32,000 nt of DNA, taken from the NCBI RefSeq assembly GCF_052938775.1, contig NZ_CM129038.1; one strand, given 5' to 3'. The first letter of the stretch is position 1. Each line of letters opens with the position of its first letter. This document shows positions 22,022 to 32,000 of the stretch, in pieces. A model generated the notes under the pieces. The model did not search any database. It had not been told where the DNA came from and saw only the letters and a list, made by a program, of their open reading frames with translations. The translations under genes and the position numbers were made by a program.

Positions 22022-22034
22022 TTACCCCGCAAAA

Positions 22035-22394
22035 TTACTTGCCAATATTAAGTCCATTTGATTTAAATAAATCATAAACCAATCGATACACTCTATCCTT
22101 ATAAAGATATATGTATGAAATAAATTGAACATGGAGGATAATATTAAAGCAGTCCTGAATATTTAAAGGCAGGTAACTGAATGCAACTATAATAACATCG
22201 AGTTTATTAACATCGGAGATTTGACGAATAATAAAATTAACGGCAGATACAAGAGCATAATATGAAGTGTAGCAAAGACCAAGATAAGAAAGGAGCTTAG
22301 CCCATGCAACAGCTTTATCACCGATAACTCCTGCAATGAAACGTAGTGATTTTAAAACAACATCAACAAAAAAAGCACCTAAAATGGCCCACAT
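22035..22394 (-). CDS. pVI-like minor coat protein (hydrophobic)
   Basis: 119 aa and strongly hydrophobic. Its ATG overlaps the pIII-like stop (TGATG at 22392-22396). Its position matches Ff gene VI. Confidence 0.6.
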   Translation of the reverse strand: MWAILGAFFVDVVLKSLRFIAGVIGDKAVAWAKLLSYLGLCYTSYYALVSAVNFIIRQISDVNKLDVIIVAFSYLPLNIQDCFNIILHVQFISYIYLYKDRVYRLVYDLFKSNGLNIGK

Positions 22395-23803
22395 CAGAGT
22401 TTTACCTCACGTTCAAATAATGTACGACGAGAAATAACAAAAACGCGTAACATGGTTATCATATAAATAGCATACTCAAGAACAGAACGAACATAATCGT
22501 CATAAGCTTTTGCAAAATGGCTTGTATCAATCTTGAAATTAATCGCGCCAGTCAACGGAAGATTAAAGCTAAATTGTAAAGTAAAAGGAAGAGCAGTTCC
22601 ATTATTTGTATTTACCAGTTTGTCAATATTAACTGTAAGCCAATTGTTATTATCATGACTCTCACTTCCCTGTCCTGGCAAGTAATGCGAAAGCTCCCCT
22701 AAAGGGAAATCCCCATCAGGCAAAGAAGAAGCTATATTCTGACTAATATCTTTAATACCATTGTCCAGTGAATTTAATGCATTATTCATATCAGTCTGAG
22801 AAACAGAAAAAGCATTATTTAAATCATTCACTGACACCCATATTGTTTTTAACCAGCCCAAAATACCATCAAGCCAGCCATTGTCATCGCCGGATGAGCC
22901 ACCGGAGCCTGAACTACCGCTACCGGATGAACCGCCGGAGCCCGAGCCGGAGCCACCGCTACCGGATGAACCACCGGAGCCTGAACCTGAACCACCACTG
23001 CCCGATGAGCCGCCGGAACCCGAGCCGGAGCCACCGCTACCGGATGAACCACCGGAGCCAGAACCTGAACCACCACTGCCGGATGAGCCGCCGGAACCCG
23101 AGCCGGAGCCACCACTGCCGGATGAACCGCCAGAGCCTGTCGTATTATCGCAATTGTCGTCGTCACAACCAGAGCCACTCCCTGTATTGTCGTCAGGATT
23201 TTTATTGGCGGCAGCCACGCCAACAGAACGCATACTCTGAGCGATACAATTCCCGTCGTCATCACACTCGTTAAAATCAATCAAATAACGACAGCCATTA
23301 ATTTCCAGGGACTGAGATTCCTGCCCGTTACCCGTATCAACCCAGACAACATCACCAAGAGAATATGAAAAGTCCTTAATTACCGGACGGGAAAGACAAT
23401 TTTCTTCGGTAACCGGCTTATTATATTCAGGTGTCAAATCACCCTCACCTCCCTGAAAAGCAAGGGTGCAGGTTTCCCACTCTTGCTTGTCTAAATCCCA
23501 GACTTTATATGCATGCCATTTGGCAGAAACAAAATTCCCAACGGTAGAAGGTGCGGCAGAAACCTTTGAAGGATTGTCGCCGCAATAATGAATTATTCCG
23601 GAACATGCATCAACACTGGACCAGCCACAAAAAATATGACCAGCCCCCCTGGCTAATTTAATCGACGTCCCCGCGTCCGAATAAGCTGTCCTGCAGGATA
23701 AACGGCCTGCACACTGAACAAGTGCATCCGGATTTTCTTTCCCCTCAGCAAAAGAAAACGAGGAAAAGAACAAAAACAGAAACGGAAAAATAAGACGAAT
23801 CAA
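22394..23803 (-). CDS. pIII-like receptor-binding/adsorption protein with a Gly/Ser-rich linker
   Basis: 469 aa with signal peptide MIRLIFPFLFLFFSSFSFA, Cys-rich N-terminal domains, a long (GGSSGSGGSGSGS)n linker and a hydrophobic C-terminal anchor. Its position matches Ff gene III. Confidence 0.75.
   Translation of the reverse strand: MIRLIFPFLFLFFSSFSFAEGKENPDALVQCAGRLSCRTAYSDAGTSIKLARGAGHIFCGWSSVDACSGIIHYCGDNPSKVSAAPSTVGNFVSAKWHAYKVWDLDKQEWETCTLAFQGGEGDLTPEYNKPVTEENCLSRPVIKDFSYSLGDVVWVDTGNGQESQSLEINGCRYLIDFNECDDDGNCIAQSMRSVGVAAANKNPDDNTGSGSGCDDDNCDNTTGSGGSSGSGGSGSGSGGSSGSGGSGSGSGGSSGSGGSGSGSGGSSGSGGSGSGSGGSSGSGGSGSGSGGSSGSGSSGSGGSSGDDNGWLDGILGWLKTIWVSVNDLNNAFSVSQTDMNNALNSLDNGIKDISQNIASSLPDGDFPLGELSHYLPGQGSESHDNNNWLTVNIDKLVNTNNGTALPFTLQFSFNLPLTGAINFKIDTSHFAKAYDDYVRSVLEYAIYMITMLRVFVISRRTLFEREVKL
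22889..23137 (-). repeat. Tandem 39-bp coding repeat (~6.4 copies, two alternating variants giving a 78-bp super-unit) encoding the Gly/Ser linker
   Basis: Seen directly: ccggatgaaccaccggagcc[t/a]gaacctgaaccaccactg alternates with cc[c/g]gatgagccgccggaacccgagccggagccacc[g/a]ct[a/g]. Confidence 0.9.
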
Positions 23804-23824
23804 GCAAAAACTCCTGAAATGATT

Positions 23825-23846
23825 AAAAAAGCGCCCCGAAGGGCGC
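23825..23846 (-). terminator. Rho-independent terminator immediately after the major coat gene
   Basis: The minus strand reads GCGCCC-TTCG-GGGCGC followed by TTTTTT. It lies 17 nt downstream of the coat gene stop, as after gene VIII in Ff phages. Confidence 0.8.
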
Positions 23847-23862
23847 TGTCGTTAAATAACTA

Positions 23863-24123
<261 letters not shown>

Positions 24124-24129
24124 TTAAAA

Positions 24130-24300
24130 TTAATTAACAGCATCGCTGAACATCCGGCAGACCAGAGTGAAAATAACACCAAGGCCAAAGCCAAGAAGCC
24201 AGCAGACAATCCAGACATACAGAACGGCCCAGTAAAGCTCTCCGTCCTGTACGCCAGAATTCAGTGCGGATAAAACACCGCTGAAATCAAATTCAGTCAT
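24130..24300 (-). CDS. Small hydrophobic virion/assembly protein (pVII/pIX position)
   Basis: ORF 24130..24333, with the internal ATG at 24300 preferred because it overlaps the upstream stop as ATGACTGA. The 56 aa include one TM helix (WAVLYVWIVCWLLGFGLGVIFTLV). Confidence 0.5.
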   Translation of the reverse strand: MTEFDFSGVLSALNSGVQDGELYWAVLYVWIVCWLLGFGLGVIFTLVCRMFSDAVN

Positions 24301-24433
24301 AATAACGCTGAACAGTAATGCTTTGTGAGTCACAGGCGCGAATCAGTTTTATTCCGATGCCAAAACCTGAAGAAAATAAAATCATTGCAGGAGCAGCAAA
24401 TAAAACAAAGTTCAGAAAATCAGCGTCAGACAT
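24293..24433 (-). CDS. Small hydrophobic virion/assembly protein (pVII/pIX position)
   Basis: ORF 24293..24487, with the ATG at 24433 preferred because it lies just after the upstream TGA at 24438-24440. The 46 aa include one TM helix (FLNFVLFAAPAMILFSSGFGIGI). Confidence 0.5.
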   Translation of the reverse strand: MSDADFLNFVLFAAPAMILFSSGFGIGIKLIRACDSQSITVQRYYD

Positions 24434-24437
24434 ATCA

Positions 24438-24863
24438 TCAGCCTTTTTCTTTACCAGCGGGCAGTGCACCCAGCGGCTGACCGTCAAAACGTTTCATGGA
24501 GCCGGAAATAAAACGATACCAGACACCATGACGTTCAGAGCCTGTCGACCATGAGTTAACATCCACCGTGAGATAAACAGGTTTGCCCTGCAAATCAGGA
24601 CATGAATTAAAAAATTTAAAATCCTCCTCAGTACAGGAAAAGCGCTCATGCTCCTCACGGCGGACTTTTAATTTTCGGTCCTCATACGGATAGGCAATAA
24701 CAATGGCATATTTGGGTTTGGCCTCAGGGTTATAATGAGAACCCGTGGGTTTTAACTCCTCATCATTTATGACAGTGGCGTGAATAAAATATCCCGCCAT
24801 TGTCATACCTGCGGTAAAACCCTCAGGGGAAGGAAACGGAAAACTGTCATAAATTTGATTCAT
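24438..24863 (-). CDS. Hypothetical protein in the gene V (ssDNA-binding protein) position
   Basis: 141 aa with GAGGAG upstream, located between Rep and the small coat genes. Function is inferred from synteny only. Confidence 0.45.
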   Translation of the reverse strand: MNQIYDSFPFPSPEGFTAGMTMAGYFIHATVINDEELKPTGSHYNPEAKPKYAIVIAYPYEDRKLKVRREEHERFSCTEEDFKFFNSCPDLQGKPVYLTVDVNSWSTGSERHGVWYRFISGSMKRFDGQPLGALPAGKEKG

Positions 24864-24893
24864 AAATCAGACTCCTCAATGTTAAAAATTCAG

Positions 24894-28080
<3,187 letters not shown>

Positions 28081-28091
28081 GGTATACAAAA

Positions 28092-28929
28092 GTGGATAGA
28101 GATCAAACAAACAGCAGCCTGTTCAATGATGATCCCGTACTTCATGCAACATGGCTGTACTATCAGGAAGGCAAAAGCCAGACTGAAGTTGCAGCTATCA
28201 TGGGGGTGTCCCGCGTCACGGTTGTCAAATACCTGCAAACAGCCCGGGAAAATGGACTGGTTCATATCAACCTGGATGTGAATGTCTTTGGCTCTATCGA
28301 CGCTGCTTTGCAAATTCGCGATAAATTCAATCTCCAGAGAGTGATCATCGTGCCGGATGGCGAACATGCCGGAAAACGTGATGATACAAAGCTGATGCGG
28401 ACTCGCCTTTCACGTGCCGGTGGCATGTATCTGAATCAGGTGATTGAGAATGGTGATGTGCTGGGGGTTGCCTGGGGAAGAACAATCCATCAGATGAGCA
28501 AAACCATGACGCCGAAGTCATGTAAAAATGTCACCGTTATACAGATGCTCGGTTCCATGCCATCTCAGCCAGACCTGACGATCATTGAATCCTCATCGCA
28601 AATCGCCTACAAGCTTTCAGGCCGTGTCGCCTCGCTGCACGTGCCCGCCGTGGTATCAAGCGCCAGACTGGCCATGGAGTTACAGGCAGAGCCTATTATT
28701 CGATCGAATTTTGACGTTCTGACTCGCTGTACGAAAGCCTTTTTTGTCGTGGGTAACGCGCTTGATGAAAATCCCCTGATTCGGGTGGGCGTGCTGAATA
28801 AGAAGGAAATGCAGACGTATCGGGATTTAGGCGCAGTAGGTGTCATTTGTGATCGCTTCTATGACAAGGAAGGGATGCCCGTCGTGGCTGATGTTGACCA
28901 GCGTATTCTGGGAATCAGTCTGGCTCAGC
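28092..28929 (+). pseudogene. yjhU: SorC-family transcriptional regulator truncated at its 3' end by an IS66-family insertion
   Basis: MDRDQTNSSLFNDDPVLHATWLYYQEGKSQTEVAAIMGVSRVTVVKYLQ... has an HTH and a SorC sugar-binding domain. After ...ILGISLAQ the reading frame runs into the IS end (GTAAGCG at 28930) and terminates at 29000. Confidence 0.8.
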
Positions 28930-29014
28930 GTAAGCGTAAACTGACCGCCGTATGTAGCCATCAGACGAGAATTGGTAACTTAGACGCCCATCTGATATAG
29001 ACGGACATCTAAGT

Positions 29015-29440
29015 ATGGAATTACAGGACTGGCGAAAAGAACCTCGTAAAAACTATTCGAATGAATTCAAACTTCGTATGGTGGAACTGGCATCACAACC
29101 TGGAGCTTGTGTTGCACAGATTGCACGTGAAAATGGCGTCAATGATAATGTTATTTTCAAATGGCTCAGGCTCTGGCAGAACGAAGGGCGTGTTTCGCGG
29201 CGTCTTCCGGTAACGACCTCTTCTGACACTGGCGTTGAATTATTACCTGTAGAAATAACGCCGGATGAGCAGAAAGAACCTGTGGCGGCCATTGCGCCGT
29301 CTTTATCCACTTCCACTCAGACCAGAGTCAGTGCCAGTTCCTGCAAGGTGGAATTCCGTCACGGTAACATGACGCTGGAAAATCCATCGCCAGAGCTGCT
29401 CACAGTGTTGATCCGTGAACTGACCGGGAGGGGAAGATGA
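29015..29440 (+). CDS. tnpA: IS66-family accessory protein TnpA (Orf1)
   Basis: 141 aa with an N-terminal HTH (NYSNEFKLRMVELASQPGACVAQIARENGVNDNVIFKWLR). Confidence 0.85.
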   Translation: MELQDWRKEPRKNYSNEFKLRMVELASQPGACVAQIARENGVNDNVIFKWLRLWQNEGRVSRRLPVTTSSDTGVELLPVEITPDEQKEPVAAIAPSLSTSTQTRVSASSCKVEFRHGNMTLENPSPELLTVLIRELTGRGR

Positions 29441-29765
29441 TCTCACTCCCATCAGGTACCCGTATCTGGCTCGTTGCCGGCGTTACCGATATGCGTAAAT
29501 CCTTCAACGGACTGGGAGAACAGGTACAACATGTGCTGAATGATAATCCCTTCTCCGGTCACCTGTTTATCTTCCGTGGCCGACGGGGTGACACCGTCAA
29601 AATTCTTTGGGCTGATGCTGATGGTCTGTGCCTGTTCACCAAACGCCTGGAGGAAGGCCAGTTTATCTGGCCTGCGGTACGTGACGGCAAGGTATCCATT
29701 ACCCGCTCGCATGAATCGCCCCGGGAATCCTGGAGACTAAACTCCTTGAGAGAGAGGTAAACAGG

Positions 29766-30092
29766 ATGACTAAAAATACGCGCTTTTCCCCTGAGGTCCG
29801 TCAGCGGGCCGTTCGTATGGTTATCGAAAGCCAGAATGACTATGACTCGCAGTGGGCGGCCATCAGCTCCATCGCCCCTAAAATCGGCTGTACGCCTGAG
29901 ACCCTGCGTACCTGGCTGCGTCAGTATGAGCGCGATGCCGGTGCAGGTGACGGCGGACTGAGCACCACTGAACGTCAGCGTCTGAAGGAACTGGAGCGTG
30001 AAAACCGCGAACTGCGCCGCAGCAACGATATCCTGCGCCAGGCTTCCGCGTATTTTGCGAAGGCGGAGTTCGACCGCCTGTGGAAAAAATAG
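29766..30092 (+). CDS. IS3-family transposase OrfA (HTH + leucine zipper)
   Basis: 108 aa, [19 protein letters not shown]...[28 protein letters not shown], recognised as IS629-type OrfA. Confidence 0.9.
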   Translation: MTKNTRFSPEVRQRAVRMVIESQNDYDSQWAAISSIAPKIGCTPETLRTWLRQYERDAGAGDGGLSTTERQRLKELERENRELRRSNDILRQASAYFAKAEFDRLWKK

Positions 30093-30979
30093 CGCCTCTG
30101 GTGGATACCCTGCGTGGTGCGCACGGGGTCGGACCGGTATGCCACGAGCTGGCTGTCGCCCCGTCAACGTATTACCGGCATCGTGCGCATCAACGGCATC
30201 CGGATAAACGCAGTCAGCGGGCACAGCGTGATGACCTGCTGAAGCCGGAGATACAGCGCGTGTACGATGAAAACCACAGCGTGTACGGTGTGCGCAAGGT
30301 CTGGCGCCAGTTGTTGCGTGAGGGGGTGACCGTGGCCAGGTGCACAGTAGAACGGCTGATGAAGGTGATGGGGCTTGCCGGTGTGCGCCGGGGTAAAAAG
30401 GTCCGCACCACAGTCAGCCGGAAAGAAGCCGCTGCGGGTGACCGGGTGAACCGCCAGTTCGTGGCAGAACGCCCCGACCAGCTGTGGGTGGCTGACTTCA
30501 CGTATGTGAGCACCTGGCAGGGCTTCGCTTACGTGGCGTTCATCATCGATGTGTTCGCCGGCGTCATTGTGGGCTGGCGGGTCTCATCGTCGATGAAAAC
30601 GACGTTCGTGCTGGATGCACTGGAGCAGGCGCTGTGGGCCCGTCGCCCGTCGGGCACCATCCATCACTCAGATAAGGGGTCACAATATGTGTCGCTGGCA
30701 TACACTCAGCGGCTTAAGGATGCAGAGTTGCTGGCGTCAACCGGCAGCACAGGCGACTCATATGACAACGCGATGGCGGAGAGCATCAACGGACTTTATA
30801 AAGCGGAGGTGATACATCGTAAGAGCTGGAAAAACCGCGCCGAAGTGGAACTGGCCACACTGACGTGGGTGGACTGGTACAATAACCGACGGTTGCTGGA
30901 ACGACTGGGTCATATCCCGCCGGCAGAAGCGGAAAAGGCATATTACGCTTCCATCGGAAATGGTGGTCTGGCAGCCTGA
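30080..30979 (+). CDS. IS3-family transposase OrfB (DDE integrase core), expressed as an OrfAB fusion by -1 frameshifting
   Basis: It lies in the -1 frame relative to orfA and overlaps it across GGAAAAAAT (30082-30090). DDE region: WVADFTYV...HHSDKGSQY...[15 protein letters not shown]. Confidence 0.9.
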   Translation: MEKIAPLVDTLRGAHGVGPVCHELAVAPSTYYRHRAHQRHPDKRSQRAQRDDLLKPEIQRVYDENHSVYGVRKVWRQLLREGVTVARCTVERLMKVMGLAGVRRGKKVRTTVSRKEAAAGDRVNRQFVAERPDQLWVADFTYVSTWQGFAYVAFIIDVFAGVIVGWRVSSSMKTTFVLDALEQALWARRPSGTIHHSDKGSQYVSLAYTQRLKDAELLASTGSTGDSYDNAMAESINGLYKAEVIHRKSWKNRAEVELATLTWVDWYNNRRLLERLGHIPPAEAEKAYYASIGNGGLAA

Positions 30980-31130
30980 GTTCACAGATAAAACACTCTC
31001 CCGGAAAACCGGGGCGGTTCAGCAACTGGCAATGCTCCTCGATAAGCTGGACTGGCGTCAGCCAAAAACATCCAGCCGTAACTCACTGACAATGTTGTAA
31101 AAAACTCCTGACCGCATTATAAAAACGGTC

Positions 31131-32000
31131 ATGAGTCAGAAATACCTCATTCGCATCGCAGAGCTGGAAAGGTTGCTCTCTGAGCAGGCTGAAGCCCTCC
31201 GTCAGAAAGACCAGCAACTGAGTCTGGTTGAAGAGACGGAAGCCTTCCTGCGCTCTGCACTGACACGTGCCGAAGAAAAGATCGAAGAAGATGAACGGGA
31301 AATAGAACATCTGCGGGCTCAGATAGAAAAACTGCGCCGGATGCTGTTCGGTACCCGTTCTGAAAAACTGCGTCGTGAAGTTGAACTGGCTGAGGCTCTG
31401 CTGAAACAACGTGAACAGGACAGCGATCGTTACAGTGGGCGGGAAGACGATCCTCAGGTTCCCCGCCAGTTGCGACAGTCGCGCCATCGTCGTCCGTTAC
31501 CGGCACACCTTCCCCGTGAAATACACCGCCTGGAGCCAGAAGAAAGCTGTTGCCCGGAGTGTGGCGGTGAGCTGGATTATCTGGGGGAAGTCAGCGCTGA
31601 ACAGCTGGAACTGGTGAGCAGTGCCCTGAAAGTGATCCGCACAGAACGGGTAAAAAAAGCCTGTACAAAATGTGACTGTATTGTTGAAGCACCGGCGCCG
31701 TCCCGCCCGATAGAGCGTGGTATCGCGGGCCCCGGATTACTTGCCCGCGTGTTAACGGGAAAATACTGCGAACATCTGCCACTGTATCGTCAGAGTGAAA
31801 TCTTTGCCCGCCAGGGTGTCGAACTGAGCCGGGCCTTACTCTCCAACTGGGTTGACGCGTGCTGCCAGTTAATGACACCGGTGAATGATGCCCTGTACCG
31901 TTATGTAATGAACACCCGCAAGGTTCACACTGATGACACACCGGTAAAGGTACTGGCACCGGGTCAGAAAAAGGCGAAAACAGGGCGTATCTGGACGTAT
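31131..32000 (+). CDS. tnpC: IS66-family DDE transposase TnpC (5' part, continues beyond the window)
   Basis: It is not in the ORF track because no stop occurs before the window end. The ATG at 31131 reads MSQKYLIRIAELERLLSEQAEAL...CPECGGELDYLGEVSAEQLELV...GKYCEHLPLYRQSEIF..., showing the leucine-zipper, zinc-finger and IS66 core motifs. Confidence 0.85.
   Translation, partial: MSQKYLIRIAELERLLSEQAEALRQKDQQLSLVEETEAFLRSALTRAEEKIEEDEREIEHLRAQIEKLRRMLFGTRSEKLRREVELAEALLKQREQDSDRYSGREDDPQVPRQLRQSRHRRPLPAHLPREIHRLEPEESCCPECGGELDYLGEVSAEQLELVSSALKVIRTERVKKACTKCDCIVEAPAPSRPIERGIAGPGLLARVLTGKYCEHLPLYRQSEIFARQGVELSRALLSNWVDACCQLMTPVNDALYRYVMNTRKVHTDDTPVKVLAPGQKKAKTGRIWTY

Larger units (their letters stand above)
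29712..31021 (+). mobile_element. IS3-family insertion sequence (IS629/IS1203-like), 1310 bp, with a 3-bp GCA target-site duplication
   Basis: The ends are TGAATCGCCCCGGGAATCCTGGAGAC... and ...CCGGAAAACCGGGGCGGTTCA, which are imperfect inverted repeats. GCA is present at 29709-29711 and again at 31022-31024. Confidence 0.9.
29437..31100 (+). pseudogene. tnpB: IS66-family TnpB (Orf2) split by the IS629-like insertion (5' part 29437-29711, 3' part 31022-31100)
   Basis: MISLPSGTRIWLVAGVTDMRKSFNGL...GKVSITRS is interrupted at the IS. The frame resumes at 31023 as QLAMLLDKLDWRQPKTSSRNSLTML*. Removing 29712-31021 and one GCA copy restores the frame. Confidence 0.85.
28930..32000 (+). mobile_element. 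IS66-family insertion sequence (tnpA-tnpB-tnpC); right end lies beyond the window and it is interrupted by an IS3-family element
   Basis: The left terminus begins GTAAGCGTAAACTGACC, the GTAAGCG start typical of the family. It shows the three-ORF IS66 organisation with ATGA coupling of tnpA and tnpB. Confidence 0.8.

Noticed and set aside
22768-23280. Three long ORFs in the track (22768..23274 +, 22849..23280 -, 22881..23240 +) that encode Pro/Glu-, His/Arg- or Val/Ala-rich repeats.
   Set aside because: They lie entirely within the 39-bp Gly/Ser-coding tandem repeat of the pIII-like gene. The low-complexity repeat keeps every frame open. They have no RBS or independent context, so they are artefacts.
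29559-30224. A 221-aa minus-strand ORF spanning the IS66 tnpB / IS629-like junction.
   Set aside because: It is antisense to three well-supported transposase genes and crosses an insertion junction. Its composition is driven by the GC-rich sense frames.

Overview
The window is Escherichia coli-type chromosome, matching the leuX-proximal KpLE2-like island read in the opposite orientation to K-12. The native backbone runs nanC' (3' end), nanM and nanS, then a stretch of decayed genes: a restriction-endonuclease-like remnant, an N-terminally truncated yjhR helicase-PLD gene and a yjhZ GNAT fragment. It continues with the topAI(yjhX)-yjhQ toxin/antitoxin pair and its toiL leader, yjhP (here with an in-frame stop), a zinc-ribbon ORF and a VOC-family remnant. 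The sgcX-B-C-Q-A-E-R PTS/sugar cluster and the yjhI-H-G-F xylonate cluster follow. From memory, yjhF and yjhU are neighbours in K-12. Here about 9.5 kb lies between them. It is an apparently complete filamentous (inovirus) prophage on the minus strand with Ff-like gene order, plus an AT-rich DUF2726-type cargo gene. Its first gene is an IS110-family DEDD recombinase whose stop lies 2 nt from the Rep start. That recombinase is preceded by a ~220-nt ORF-free leader with two nested perfect 9-bp helices. I consider this the most interesting candidate: a bridge-RNA-type guide serving as a phage integration module. The Zot-secretin spacer carries a ~57-bp segment that, from memory, closely matches the ColE1/pMB1 primosome-assembly-site region, so it may be a complementary-strand origin. 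Downstream, yjhU is truncated by an IS66-family element. The tnpB of that element is split by a 1310-bp IS629-like IS3-family element with a 3-bp GCA target duplication. No rRNA, tRNA or CRISPR array was seen. Homology statements come from reading the translated ORFs and from memory, since no searches were run. Prophage boundaries are approximate.
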